The notes: a model not told the origin generated them from the letters alone. 64,000 nt of DNA from Gammaproteobacteria bacterium (GCA_045561295.1 JBJKYD010000012.1:1-64000); one strand, 5' to 3'. Positions 27,906-38,039 are shown, numbered from the stretch's first letter. Program-made: numbers and translations.

Positions 27906-28987
27906 TGAAAATAGCTATATTTGGTGCTGGTCAGCTGGCTATGATGATGATAGAAGAGTCATCCAAATTAAATCATGATTTCATAGTTGTAGATCCTTCT
28001 CGAAATCCACCTGCAGGTAAACATGCTAAACATCTACAAACTGATTATACTGACCAAAAGACATTAGATTATATTGTTGCTAACTATGATGTTGCAACTA
28101 TAGACTTTGAAAACGTAGATATATCTGCAATGAGGTTTTTAGAGAAGAAAATTAAAGTCTTCCCTCCCACTAAAGCGCTTGAGGTATGTCAAGATAGACT
28201 TCTGGAGAAAAATCTTTTTAGAGAATTGAATATCAATGTTACTGAATATAAAGAAATAAAAAACATATCAGATTTAAAAAATTATTGTCAGGGAAATGAA
28301 TCGAGGTATTTACTTAAATCTAGAAGATTTGGATATGATGGAAAAAATCAACTAAAATGTAACTCGAAAATAGATTTACTAGAAAAGCTTCTATCAGAGT
28401 GCTCGTGTATAGTTGAAGAGATTGTAGATTTCTCAACTGAAGTATCATTAGTTTGCGTAAGACAGGAAGATAATAATATAGTTTTCTATCCTCTTATCGA
28501 AAATTTCCATGAAGATGGAATCTTAAGATATAGTAAATTCCCTTATATAAATAAAGAATTACAAGATACTGCAGAGAAGTATGGAAAAGAGCTGCTAAAT
28601 TATTTTAAATATGTAGGTGTTCTGGTAGTTGAGTTTTTTATATCAAAGGACGGAAAATTAGTAGCTAATGAAATGGCTCCCCGCGTTCATAATTCAGGCC
28701 ATTGGTCAATAGAGGGCTCCTCTACAAGTCAATTTGAACTTCATGTGAGAGCAATTACTGGGAATCTAGACAACAATCCGATTAACTTCAAATCTTCACT
28801 GATGTTTAATATATTATCAAAATATCCGGATGATAATATATTGAATGACCTAGAGTCACATTATTTTCACAGTTATGATAAAGAAGAGAGGAATTTGAGA
28901 AAACTTGGACACATAACTATTACTAAAAATAGTGCTGAGCAGCTAGAATCAATTCTACCAGAGTGTTTAAAAGTGTTAGTTAATTAA
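27905..28987 (+). CDS. purK: N5-CAIR synthase
   Basis: GAGQL, QDRLLEK, GYDGKNQ, NEMAPRVHNSGH, SQFE.H.RA, RKLGH. Confidence 0.94.
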   Translation: MKIAIFGAGQLAMMMIEESSKLNHDFIVVDPSRNPPAGKHAKHLQTDYTDQKTLDYIVANYDVATIDFENVDISAMRFLEKKIKVFPPTKALEVCQDRLLEKNLFRELNINVTEYKEIKNISDLKNYCQGNESRYLLKSRRFGYDGKNQLKCNSKIDLLEKLLSECSCIVEEIVDFSTEVSLVCVRQEDNNIVFYPLIENFHEDGILRYSKFPYINKELQDTAEKYGKELLNYFKYVGVLVVEFFISKDGKLVANEMAPRVHNSGHWSIEGSSTSQFELHVRAITGNLDNNPINFKSSLMFNILSKYPDDNILNDLESHYFHSYDKEERNLRKLGHITITKNSAEQLESILPECLKVLVN

Positions 28988-30405
28988 TTTTTCAAAAGAT
29001 TTTTCTTAGCTAAGATTTTACCCTCTTCAACACCCCACTGATCATAGCTATTTATGTTCCATATCACACCCTCAACGAAGACTTTATGTTCATACATACT
29101 TATAATTTTGCCTATCCTATCCGGAGAAATTCTATCTAGAGAAATTAAATTAGATGGCGAATTACCATTTAGTGATTTGTATAAATATTGTTTTTTCTTA
29201 CCTTTAAGTAGTAAATCTGCTTGAGCATGAACATTGGCTGCCAGAAATCTATTTGAATTAGTATTGGGTTTCTTAACATATATGAAATCAAAATATACAT
29301 TTAAGGTTCCTTGGTGTGCAGCTTGAAAAAAAGAATGTTGACATTCCGTACCAGACGTACCAAAAACTATAGGTGATGTCATATTCAAGGTATGTTCAAA
29401 ATTATTTGTCATTGATTTCCCATTACTTTCCATCTCGATTTGTTGGATATAATTTGAAATATTTCTAAGTCTGTATGAGTAAGGAACAATTACGTTTCCA
29501 TGTTTAGAAAGACAATTGATATTCCAAATATTAATTAGAGCTAAGTTAATAGGTAAATTAGATTCAATTTTAGCTTTTAAAAAATGTGAATCCATTGATC
29601 TTATTCCTTTGACAAATTTTATGTAATTTTCTATGCCTATTTCAAACATATTAATCAAAGTAACTGGCGAAGCAATTGAAAATCTGCCAGGGATTGTTTT
29701 TGGAAAGGAAAAGATATTTTTAGGTAAAAAATTTAGAGATTTACATAATAGCTTATTTGACGAGACTGCTATAAATTGGTTTTTATAAATATAATCCGCT
29801 TGGTCAGAGAGATTTTTCTCTAAATAATTATCAATAAATAATTTTATTCTCATCGTTTCATCAGTCTTAAAGCTTTTAGAAACAAAAATAAATAGTGTAC
29901 GCTCTACATCTATTTTTTTAATTAGATCAGCTATTTCATCAGTATCTCCACTTGAGATAAAATATGTTACAAAATCATTTCTTTTAAAATTTTCTAATGC
30001 TTCTGATAAAAATCTTGGTCCCAAAATAGAACCTCCGATACCAATATGAATGACAGTATCAATTTTATTCCCATTAGAACTTTTAATTTTATTTTCTTTA
30101 ATCTGTAAGTAAAATTTAGACATTTTCTCTATAGCTTTGTCATACATTTGGCTATTACGATAATGTATAAATGAAACTTTTTGTGATTCAGTTTTACTTA
30201 TTAGCTTATTTGTAAAAAGTTTTTTTCTTTTTTCCAAAAATTTATTCACTGTCAGCAAAGATTTCATTTTTATAAAAACATCACTGTTAATAAAGTTCCT
30301 AGACAAATCAAGAGTGATTCCGCTGAATGTTTTATTCTTTAAAAGTGTACTTCTTCCTTTTTTTGATTTGGATGAAATATTTCTTAGCCGATCTTTGATA
30401 TCCAC
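28984..30405 (-). CDS. pgi: Glucose-6-phosphate isomerase (short, divergent)
   Basis: IGIGGS.LGP, SKSF.T.ET, QQ.EMESNGK, QHSFFQ..HQG, DQWGVE.GK. Confidence 0.88.
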   Translation of the reverse strand: MDIKDRLRNISSKSKKGRSTLLKNKTFSGITLDLSRNFINSDVFIKMKSLLTVNKFLEKRKKLFTNKLISKTESQKVSFIHYRNSQMYDKAIEKMSKFYLQIKENKIKSSNGNKIDTVIHIGIGGSILGPRFLSEALENFKRNDFVTYFISSGDTDEIADLIKKIDVERTLFIFVSKSFKTDETMRIKLFIDNYLEKNLSDQADYIYKNQFIAVSSNKLLCKSLNFLPKNIFSFPKTIPGRFSIASPVTLINMFEIGIENYIKFVKGIRSMDSHFLKAKIESNLPINLALINIWNINCLSKHGNVIVPYSYRLRNISNYIQQIEMESNGKSMTNNFEHTLNMTSPIVFGTSGTECQHSFFQAAHQGTLNVYFDFIYVKKPNTNSNRFLAANVHAQADLLLKGKKKQYLYKSLNGNSPSNLISLDRISPDRIGKIISMYEHKVFVEGVIWNINSYDQWGVEEGKILAKKNLLKN

Positions 30406-30407
30406 AG

Positions 30408-30788
30408 CTATATGGCGTTAAGTTTTTGGTTTATGGGTTTATCAATAATTTGATTTGATTGATTTACATATATTATTGTTGGTACATGATTTATGCGTTC
30501 ATTTTCATTCAACATTGTGTAACTACAGATTATTATTTCATCATTTACCTTAATCTTATGACAACATGCGCCGTTAATTCCAATAATTCCTGTATCGGGC
30601 TTGCCAGCAATAGCATATGTAGATAATCTCTCGCCATTGGTAATATCATAGATATCTATCTTTTCATAAGGATCTATATTTGCTGCTTTTAAAAGAGCCA
30701 CATCAATTTCACAAGATCCTTCATAGTCAATGTTTGAGTTTGTTACCGTTGCCTTATGTATTTTTGAATTTAAGTACTGCCTCTCCAT
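30408..30788 (-). CDS. panD: Aspartate 1-decarboxylase
   Basis: KIH.ATVT, YEGS cleavage site, NG.RL.TYAI, INGA. Confidence 0.93.
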   Translation of the reverse strand: MERQYLNSKIHKATVTNSNIDYEGSCEIDVALLKAANIDPYEKIDIYDITNGERLSTYAIAGKPDTGIIGINGACCHKIKVNDEIIICSYTMLNENERINHVPTIIYVNQSNQIIDKPINQKLNAI

Positions 30789-30823
30789 GAATTTATATTA
30801 CTATCTTTTTTATGTGATTATAA

Positions 30824-31651
30824 CTAAATTTCAATATTATCTATTAGTCTAATGTTATCTATATAACAAGCAATAAAAATTCCACATGGGTGATTAATAT
30901 TTACTTGCTCTTTTAATGTATCTAGACGTCTTAAATCTAAGTACTCGACTGATATATTATTATCTTCTAAGTCTAATAAACTACTTTCTTTAACAGCATT
31001 ATATTCCAATCCGCTAAGTAATTTTTTTTTCATTGTCATCAATGTTTGAAAAATCAATTTAACTTGATGAATTGATTCGCAAGATACTTTACTTAATCTT
31101 GAACTGAGAGCAATATTATTTGAGTCTCTTACAGTATCAACATCAATGATTTTCAATTTTGGAAAATAGGTACTAGCTATATATTTTACCAATAAAAGTT
31201 GTTGAAAATCTTTCTTACCAAAGTATGCATAATTTGGCTCAATTATTTCAAAAAGTAATTTAACTATCCTAAATACACCCGAGAAATGTCCCGGTCTATT
31301 TGCCCCGCACATATATGATGTAAATTTAGGAAGGTCATTTTTATCACCATCAAGCTGTTTGCATATGACAGAGTTATCGGGAGTAAATACTAGATCTACA
31401 TTATTATCTTCACAAATAGATAAATCATTAGCTAGGGTTCTTGGATAGCTTATATAGTCATTTCTATCATTGAATTGAAGTTCATTGACATATATTGAAA
31501 CAATTTTTAGTGAAGAACTTGATGCGCTGTTAATAAGCTTTAAGTGACCAGAATGAATATTTCCCATTGTAGGAATTAATGATATTGTCTCATCAGATTT
31601 ATGATCGTTTATGAAAGATTTTGTATCATCTAGAGAACTTATTACTTTCAT
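30824..31651 (-). CDS. panC: Pantoate--beta-alanine ligase
   Basis: PTMGN.H.GH, QF, YPR, RPGHF.GV, FGKKDFQQ, ALSSR, RLIDN. Confidence 0.93.
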   Translation of the reverse strand: MKVISSLDDTKSFINDHKSDETISLIPTMGNIHSGHLKLINSASSSSLKIVSIYVNELQFNDRNDYISYPRTLANDLSICEDNNVDLVFTPDNSVICKQLDGDKNDLPKFTSYMCGANRPGHFSGVFRIVKLLFEIIEPNYAYFGKKDFQQLLLVKYIASTYFPKLKIIDVDTVRDSNNIALSSRLSKVSCESIHQVKLIFQTLMTMKKKLLSGLEYNAVKESSLLDLEDNNISVEYLDLRRLDTLKEQVNINHPCGIFIACYIDNIRLIDNIEI

Positions 31652-31654
31652 AAC

Positions 31655-32398
31655 CTAGGTTTTTTTTATGAACGCTTGTATTACTTTATTTATGACTTTT
31701 TCATTTTTTTTAGTAAGTGATGTAATTTTATTAAAACTAATCCCTAAGAGATCATAGATGACAGCAACCTGTCCATCTAGACCTAAGCCTGAGCCAATAC
31801 CTATAACTGGACAACTGCATGTGTTTGCTATTTTTCTAGCTAACGCAACTTCTACACATTCTAAAAGAATAATTTTAGCTCCGATTTCATCACAGAATAT
31901 TGCATTATTATATATCGAGTTAGCTTCCTTTTTAGTTTTACCATATTTTCTAAATCCTGACTTATTTTTTACCGATTGTGGCAAAAGGCCTAGATGACCA
32001 CATATAGGTATATTTTTTTGAACAAGATATTTAACAATATCTAAGTTATCAGAATTAACTTCAATTTTTATAAGATCAGCTAGGTTATTGTTTATTAATT
32101 TTTTTGAATTTTTGCATGCAGTCGATTTAGTATTATAAGTATTTTTTGGAAGATCAACCATAACAGTTGCTTTATTAGTACCTGAAGTGACACATTTTGC
32201 GTGATAAATTATTTCCTCAAATGAAACATTGTGCGTAGATTTATCACCTTTAATAACCTGCCCCAAAGAATCGCCTACAAGTACAATATTAACTCCTTGG
32301 GTTTCAAGATATTTAGCTATGCTTGCATCATAAGCAGTGACACATGAAAGCGAAGTCCCATTTCTGTAAGACTTTAATAAATTGTCTAAAGCAGTCAT
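31655..32398 (-). CDS. panB: Ketopantoate hydroxymethyltransferase
   Basis: TAYD, LVGDSLG, GHLGL.PQ, LEC, IGIG.G...DGQV.V..DLLG. Confidence 0.9.
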   Translation of the reverse strand: MTALDNLLKSYRNGTSLSCVTAYDASIAKYLETQGVNIVLVGDSLGQVIKGDKSTHNVSFEEIIYHAKCVTSGTNKATVMVDLPKNTYNTKSTACKNSKKLINNNLADLIKIEVNSDNLDIVKYLVQKNIPICGHLGLLPQSVKNKSGFRKYGKTKKEANSIYNNAIFCDEIGAKIILLECVEVALARKIANTCSCPVIGIGSGLGLDGQVAVIYDLLGISFNKITSLTKKNEKVINKVIQAFIKKT

Positions 32399-33027
32399 TA
32401 TTTTATTGAAGAAGGATTGAAATATTTTTTACCATTGATATCAGATGATATTTCTTCTATCAATAACTGATAATCATTCTGATCATTTATATTTACATTG
32501 GAAGTGTTAATTATCAGAACAGGTGACGATGTGTATTCGTGGAAATGTTTCATATATAGATCATTAACAGATTCTATATATTTTTTTTTTATATTTTTTT
32601 CTACATCCAAGCCTCGTTTCTTAATTCTTTCAATTAATATATCTGTTGAGGCTTGAAGATAAATAATCAAATCTGGTAAAGGTGGAATAAAATTAAGCTT
32701 TTGACGGATACTACTGTACATTTCAAATTCTAGCTCTGATAAATTCAATTTAGCGAATAACTCATCTTTACCAAAATAGAAGTCAGATATTAGCATATCA
32801 TTTGTTCTATTGATTTTTTCAGATTGATCGATTCTTTTTAAAAGAAAATATAGCTGCGTAGAAAAAGAATTGCTCTGATTTTCATCATAAAATTTTTTTA
32901 AGAATGGATTATCAGCATAATCTTCAAATAGTGTCTGGCATTTCATGGTATTAGATATAGTTTTAGCCAATGTAGTCTTACCAACACCGATTGCACCTTC
33001 TATAGCAATATATTTGTTATTTATCAT
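32398..33027 (-). CDS. Deoxynucleoside kinase family protein
   Basis: IEGAIGVGKTT, NPFL..FY, TQL.FL..R, PDL.IYL.A. Confidence 0.88.
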   Translation of the reverse strand: MINNKYIAIEGAIGVGKTTLAKTISNTMKCQTLFEDYADNPFLKKFYDENQSNSFSTQLYFLLKRIDQSEKINRTNDMLISDFYFGKDELFAKLNLSELEFEMYSSIRQKLNFIPPLPDLIIYLQASTDILIERIKKRGLDVEKNIKKKYIESVNDLYMKHFHEYTSSPVLIINTSNVNINDQNDYQLLIEEISSDINGKKYFNPSSIK

Positions 33028-33482
33028 TATAAGTTTTTAATTAAATTTGAAACTTTGCCATATTTTGGTATTTCATAACCATAGTTTGTTATTTCATATA
33101 ACGGTATTAAGACAAACTCTCTATATTCTAGCCCTGGATGAGGAATTGTTAGATTTTTTGACTCCATAGTAATTCTATTATAAATCAGTATATCTAAATC
33201 TATGCTTCTGGGTCCCCACTTTTTTGTCCTTTTCCTATTATGTTGTTTCTCAAGTCCTTGAAGTTCATCCAATAATTCATGTGGATTCAAATTTGTTTTA
33301 ATTTCTATTACAGCGTTAATAAAATTAGGCTGACTTTGAGGTCCTAGAGGTTTCGTTTCGTATAAGCTTGATTTTTTTAAAATTCTAGTAGATTTAATTC
33401 GATTTATTTGTTTTAAAACAGAATATATTCTGAAGTAAGGATGATTTTTATTACTTCCTATACCTATGAAAACTTGATTCAA
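33027..33482 (-). CDS. folK: HPPK
   Basis: IG.GSN, SSLYET.P.G...QP.F.NAV, WGPR.IDLDIL, IPHP....R.FVL.PL. Confidence 0.95.
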   Translation of the reverse strand: MNQVFIGIGSNKNHPYFRIYSVLKQINRIKSTRILKKSSLYETKPLGPQSQPNFINAVIEIKTNLNPHELLDELQGLEKQHNRKRTKKWGPRSIDLDILIYNRITMESKNLTIPHPGLEYREFVLIPLYEITNYGYEIPKYGKVSNLIKNL

Positions 33483-33492
33483 TTTTTAGTGC

Positions 33493-33837
33493 TTAGTTAA
33501 GCTTTTCTTTAATCCTTGCAGATTTTCCAGATCTTTCACGTAAATAATACAACTTAGCCCTTCTTACAGCTCCCTTACGTTTGACTTGGATTTTATCAAT
33601 GATAGGGCTGTGAGTTTGGAAAACTCTTTCAACGCCTTCTCCGTATGAGATTTTTCTAACAGTAAACGATGAACTGATGCCTCTATTTTTTACTGCTACT
33701 ACCACGCCTTCAAATGCTTGAATACGTTCTCTTTTGCCCTCTTTAACTTTTACAGACACAACAATAGTGTCTCCAGATGAGAAATTCGGGACAGATTTAA
33801 TCTGTCTTGTTGTGATATTTTCAATTATTTTACTCAT
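33493..33837 (-). CDS. rplS: 50S ribosomal protein L19
   Basis: [33 protein letters not shown]. Confidence 0.98.
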   Translation of the reverse strand: MSKIIENITTRQIKSVPNFSSGDTIVVSVKVKEGKRERIQAFEGVVVAVKNRGISSSFTVRKISYGEGVERVFQTHSPIIDKIQVKRKGAVRRAKLYYLRERSGKSARIKEKLN

Positions 33838-34570
33838 TTTCTTTAGCTTTTAACTCAGTAATAAATTCTTGCAGTAGTCTATCATCTTCTTTTGTAAGTT
33901 TCACGTTTTTTAACAAGTCTGGCCTTTTTACAAATGTTGCTCCTAGTGCCTGCTTTCGTCTCCATGACATAATTTCTCTATGATTGCCGGAAAGAAGAGT
34001 ATCAGGCACAGACATGTCATCAATAATTTCTGGCTTAGTATAATGGGGATGATCGAGAATTCCATTATAAAATGAATCATTGTAGATAGATTCTATGTCC
34101 TCTGCTACTCCCTCTAATAGTCTTGTTACAGACTCTATTATTATAGCTGCAGGCAACTCTCCTCCTGATAAAACATAGTCTCCGATAGATATTTCTTCAT
34201 CTACCAAGTTATCTATAACTCTTTGATCAACGCCCTCATACCTTCCGCATAAAAGAGTAATATTTTTTTCTTTTGATAGTTTTATAAGTTTTTTTTGATT
34301 CAGCGTCTTTCCTTGTGGTGACAAGAAGTAACATTTACCAGATTTTATTGTTTTTAGTGAATCTTTAACTGGCTGATACTGTATGACCATGCCAGGTCCA
34401 CCGCCATATGTTTTAAAGTCCACTCTATTATGTTTATCTTGAGTATGTAATCTAAGATCAATTATGTTTATATGAATTATTTCTTTTTCAAGGCCTTTTT
34501 TAATCAAACCATGTTTATTAAATGATTTAAAAAAATCTGGATAAATAGTTAATATATTAAATTGATTCAT
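33830..34570 (-). CDS. trmD: tRNA (guanine37-N1)-methyltransferase
   Basis: [39 protein letters not shown]. Confidence 0.96.
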   Translation of the reverse strand: MNQFNILTIYPDFFKSFNKHGLIKKGLEKEIIHINIIDLRLHTQDKHNRVDFKTYGGGPGMVIQYQPVKDSLKTIKSGKCYFLSPQGKTLNQKKLIKLSKEKNITLLCGRYEGVDQRVIDNLVDEEISIGDYVLSGGELPAAIIIESVTRLLEGVAEDIESIYNDSFYNGILDHPHYTKPEIIDDMSVPDTLLSGNHREIMSWRRKQALGATFVKRPDLLKNVKLTKEDDRLLQEFITELKAKENE

Positions 34571-35051
34571 GTTTTATGATAATTTTTTTATTTGGAACTA
34601 ACGTTATATTATCTTTTATGAGAGCTATGTAAATATATTTATCATTATGCTTTATCGCGAGAACATCATTTGATCCATTATTAAAAATGAAATCTACCAC
34701 CCCGAGAAACTTCTTCTCTGATGTCATCACCTCTAAACCTTCGAGCTCCCTCCAATAATATTCCCCATCAACAAGTATAGGCATGTCAGATTTATCAATT
34801 AGTATATCTTTTCCTAAGATATTTTCTGATGAAGTAATATCATTATAATCCTTGATCTTTATAATAACTTTCTTAGGCATTACTTTAATATCAGTGATGT
34901 CAATTTGTCTTATTAGGTCATTTAAAAATATGAAAGTATTATAATTTTTTAAATTCTCTGGAGGATGTGCATAACAATAAATAGATAGCCACCCATAAAT
35001 ACCATGTGTGGATATAACCTTCCCTATAATTACAGAGTCTCGTTTATTCAT
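34557..35051 (-). CDS. rimM: Ribosome maturation factor RimM
   Basis: IG.V...HG..GW, GEYYW.EL.G..V, GSNDVL; position between rpsP and trmD. Confidence 0.9.
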   Translation of the reverse strand: MNKRDSVIIGKVISTHGIYGWLSIYCYAHPPENLKNYNTFIFLNDLIRQIDITDIKVMPKKVIIKIKDYNDITSSENILGKDILIDKSDMPILVDGEYYWRELEGLEVMTSEKKFLGVVDFIFNNGSNDVLAIKHNDKYIYIALIKDNITLVPNKKIIIKHESI

Positions 35052-35074
35052 GTTTGTGGATAAGTGAGAAAAGG

Positions 35075-35620
35075 TTAAGCTTTGTCTTTGTCAGTAGATT
35101 CCTCGTCGGGTGCTGCTTCAGCTGTTGTTTCTTCAGCGGGTGCTGCTTCAGCTGTTGTTTCTTCAGCGGGTGCTGCTTCAGCTGTTGTTTCTTCAGCGGG
35201 TGCTGCTTCAGTTGTTGTTTCTTCAGCGGGTGCTGCTTCAGCTGTTGTTTCTTCAGCGGGTGCTGCTTCAGTTGTTGTTTCTTCAGCGGGTGCTGCTTCA
35301 GATTCTTTAGCTTTTAATTTTTTACCTTTTATTTTATCTAGAAGAGCACTCTTAATCTTTTTTCTTTTTTCTAAATTATCTGGATCCAAAGTGTATTTTT
35401 GAAGAAGCTTTACTCTATTAGACATTTGAGCGCCTAGATTTACCCAGTGGTCTAATCTATCATGTTTTAAAGTAATACGCTTTTCTGATTCTAGATTAGG
35501 ATCATAGCTTCCAATTCTCTCAATACATTTGCCATCTCTTTTAGCTTTTTGGTCTACAACCACAATATGATAATACGGTCGTTTTTTACCTCCGCCTCTT
35601 GATAGTCTTACTCTTACCAT
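35075..35620 (-). CDS. rpsP: 30S ribosomal protein S16 with acidic repeat tail
   Basis: MVRVRLSRGG.KKRPYYHIVV.D...RDG..IE..G.YDP, GAQ.S.RV. Confidence 0.96.
   Translation of the reverse strand: MVRVRLSRGGGKKRPYYHIVVVDQKAKRDGKCIERIGSYDPNLESEKRITLKHDRLDHWVNLGAQMSNRVKLLQKYTLDPDNLEKRKKIKSALLDKIKGKKLKAKESEAAPAEETTTEAAPAEETTAEAAPAEETTTEAAPAEETTAEAAPAEETTAEAAPAEETTAEAAPDEESTDKDKA
35107..35301. repeat. 30-bp tandem repeat, 6.5 copies, coding EAAPAEETT(A/T)
   Basis: CGGGTGCTGCTTCAG[C/T]TGTTGTTTCTTCAG; one variable position. Confidence 0.97.
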
Positions 35621-35624
35621 TTAA

Positions 35625-35655
35625 TCCTCTTATTTTGAACAACGTGATTATAGCA
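35625..35655 (-). promoter_or_regulatory. Extended -10 (TGCTATAAT) and Shine-Dalgarno (GAGGA) of the rpsP operon
   Basis: TGnTATAAT at 35655-35647; GAGGA at 35629-35625. Confidence 0.55.
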
Positions 35656-35800
35656 CCACAATGTCAAAATACTCAGCTTTTTGACTAAAAAACATAAAAT
35701 ATTAGTCTAAAAGAGTATTTTTTATATATAATCATCAGAGATGCACCTCAATATAATATGTGAAGCTAAACCATTGAATATCAGCGCTTTTAAATAGGCA

Positions 35801-36571
35801 ATGACTTATTTGCCTCATATTATTGGAATAATTTATTTTGCCATGTCAGCCTGCTTATTAAATTTATATATGGGCAGAGACTGTAAAATACCATTGAGCA
35901 TCTCATATCTAAGAGTTATCGGATTATTTCTATTCGGAATATTCGTATTCAACATAGCATACCCTTTTAATATTTTTAGTTTCGTGAGCGCTTTATTTAT
36001 TACTCTTTTTATAATTAATATTTTTTATATTATTTTAAATTATTACAGGTCGATAGATTACATAGGATTAATACTTAACCCTATTATATTTATATCTTTG
36101 CTTTTTTATTTGACTCTTAGTTTTTCATCTAGTGGAACTGAAGTTGAAAAGAATTTATATATTCATATAATTTTTTCACTAGCTTCATATGGGTTCCTAG
36201 TACTTGCAGGCATGCAAGCATTTATCTTAAAGTATCAAATAAATAGTGTGAAAAATATTCGGAACTCTTCTATATTGAACTCATTTCCATCTATTGAGGA
36301 AATGGGAAGTATTATGTATCAGTTAATTATTGTAGGGTTCATTTTACTTACGTTGTCTCTTCTCTCTGGACTTCCATATATTTCTAATAGAGTTGATATA
36401 GATATAGAACAAAAAATATTATTTTCCATAATAGCATGGCTGACATTTTTATATTTAGTAATTAAGAAAGCGTATTATGGAATTAAAGACATTGCTGCAG
36501 CTAACATGACTATTGGTGGTTTAATATTTCTACTTCTTGCATACTTAGGTACAAAGTTACTAATTAACTAA
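35801..36571 (+). CDS. CcsA/YpjD-like cytochrome c assembly family membrane protein
   Basis: Multi-TM; HII.SL.SY, PS...M, GF..LT..L.SG, LAY.G.K; synteny with the CNNM gene. Confidence 0.78.
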   Translation: MTYLPHIIGIIYFAMSACLLNLYMGRDCKIPLSISYLRVIGLFLFGIFVFNIAYPFNIFSFVSALFITLFIINIFYIILNYYRSIDYIGLILNPIIFISLLFYLTLSFSSSGTEVEKNLYIHIIFSLASYGFLVLAGMQAFILKYQINSVKNIRNSSILNSFPSIEEMGSIMYQLIIVGFILLTLSLLSGLPYISNRVDIDIEQKILFSIIAWLTFLYLVIKKAYYGIKDIAAANMTIGGLIFLLLAYLGTKLLIN

Positions 36572-36582
36572 AATATATTTAA

Positions 36583-37839
36583 ATGACTACTTTATCTATA
36601 GATAGCTTATTTCTGATTTTAGTACTTCTACTAGTTCTATCGGCATTTTTCTCTGGCTCAGAAACAGCTTTGATGAGTGTAAATAGATATAAACTTAAGC
36701 ATCGTGTTAAAAAAAAGGATGAATCTGCTTTAAAAGTTAATTACCTATTAAATAATCCTGAAAAGACCTTGGGATTAATTCTTCTATTAAATAACTTCGT
36801 AAATATACTTGCATCAGCAATCACAACTCTTATTGCAATAGAATTATATGGTGATAATGGAGTTGCTATAGCTGCAGGATTTTTAACATTCATAATACTA
36901 GTTTTTTCAGAGGTGACACCCAAAACATTTGCCTCTCATTACTCTGATAAAATAGCTTATAAAATTTCATTCTTCTTTTATTATAGTCTAAAGATATTTA
37001 ATCCAATTGTTAAATTCATAAATTTTTTTTCTAGGATCATACTAATGATATTTGGTTTTGATAAAAAAAAGAATCGTCATGATGATTTGTCAAATGAAGA
37101 AATTAAAACGATCATACAAGAATCGTCAAATAAAATTACAGAAAATTATGAAGAAATGGTTTTAAATCTGCTTGATTTACAAAAAGTGAGTGTAGAAAAT
37201 GCTATGATACCTAAAAATGATATAAAAGGTCTTGATATTAATGAAAGTGAGGAAAATATAAATTCTAAATTAATAGATATTAAGCACACTAGGCTTCCAG
37301 TCTATTCTAAATCATTAAATAATCTCAAAGGTTTTATCAATAAAAAACATGTTCCCGGTTTACTTAAAGAAAATAATATTATTAATATTAATCAATTGAT
37401 TTCTTGCTTATCAGAGCCTTATTATATTCCTGAAGATACATCCCTGCTAAGTCAGCTTATTATATTCAAAAAAGAAAAAAAGCGGATTGGCTGTGTTGTT
37501 GATGAATATGGCGATATAAAAGGTATTCTAACTCTAGATGATATTCTTGAAGAAATAGTAGGTGAATACAATGCGGATCAACAGAAAAAAAATATAGTAA
37601 AAACTATTTCTAGGAATCAGATAGAAGTTCATGGATCTGTTCAGCTAAGAGAGGTAAATAAAATTTTATCGCTAAGTCTCTCGGAAAGCTCAATTACGAC
37701 GATTAATGGGTATATACTTGAGTCTTTACAGGAGATACCAGAAGTGGGTATGACTTTTAAAAAAGATAATACTATTATAGAAGTTAGAGAGGTTAATAAT
37801 AATTTTGTTGAGAAAGCACTAATTACAAAAAAAATATGA
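36583..37839 (+). CDS. CNNM/HlyC-CorC family (DUF21-CBS-CorC) protein
   Basis: SAFFSGSETAL, NN.VNI, EV.PKT.A, HTRLPVY, VVDEYG...G..TL.DILEEIVGE. Confidence 0.92.
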   Translation: MTTLSIDSLFLILVLLLVLSAFFSGSETALMSVNRYKLKHRVKKKDESALKVNYLLNNPEKTLGLILLLNNFVNILASAITTLIAIELYGDNGVAIAAGFLTFIILVFSEVTPKTFASHYSDKIAYKISFFFYYSLKIFNPIVKFINFFSRIILMIFGFDKKKNRHDDLSNEEIKTIIQESSNKITENYEEMVLNLLDLQKVSVENAMIPKNDIKGLDINESEENINSKLIDIKHTRLPVYSKSLNNLKGFINKKHVPGLLKENNIININQLISCLSEPYYIPEDTSLLSQLIIFKKEKKRIGCVVDEYGDIKGILTLDDILEEIVGEYNADQQKKNIVKTISRNQIEVHGSVQLREVNKILSLSLSESSITTINGYILESLQEIPEVGMTFKKDNTIIEVREVNNNFVEKALITKKI

Positions 37840-38039
37840 ATAAAAAAGGTAATAAAATAAGTAACTTTGAAGAAGATTTGAAAAAACTTCAGAGTATCCT
37901 GGATGATATTGAGTCAGATAAACTTACTTTAGAAGATTCCATAAAAAAATATAAAGAAGGTATGGAGTTGTCTAAGAAATGTCAAGATGCTCTTAATGAA
38001 GCTAAACAAGTAATAAAAGTACTTGAAGATGAAAAATAA
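37836..38039 (+). CDS. xseB: Exonuclease VII small subunit
   Basis: FEE.L..L..I...E...L.LE.SI..Y.EG..L...C...L..A. Confidence 0.9.
   Translation: MNKKGNKISNFEEDLKKLQSILDDIESDKLTLEDSIKKYKEGMELSKKCQDALNEAKQVIKVLEDEK

Noticed and set aside
35055-35063. Perfect DnaA box TTATCCACA (minus) between rpsP and rimM; another inside dxs
   Set aside because: Isolated 9-mers are expected by chance in AT-rich DNA; no box cluster or oriC context.
35054-35402. Repetitive plus-strand ORFs (CCFFSG, SSAGAASAVV, LLQLLFLQRV repeats)
   Set aside because: Antisense translations of the rpsP tandem repeat.
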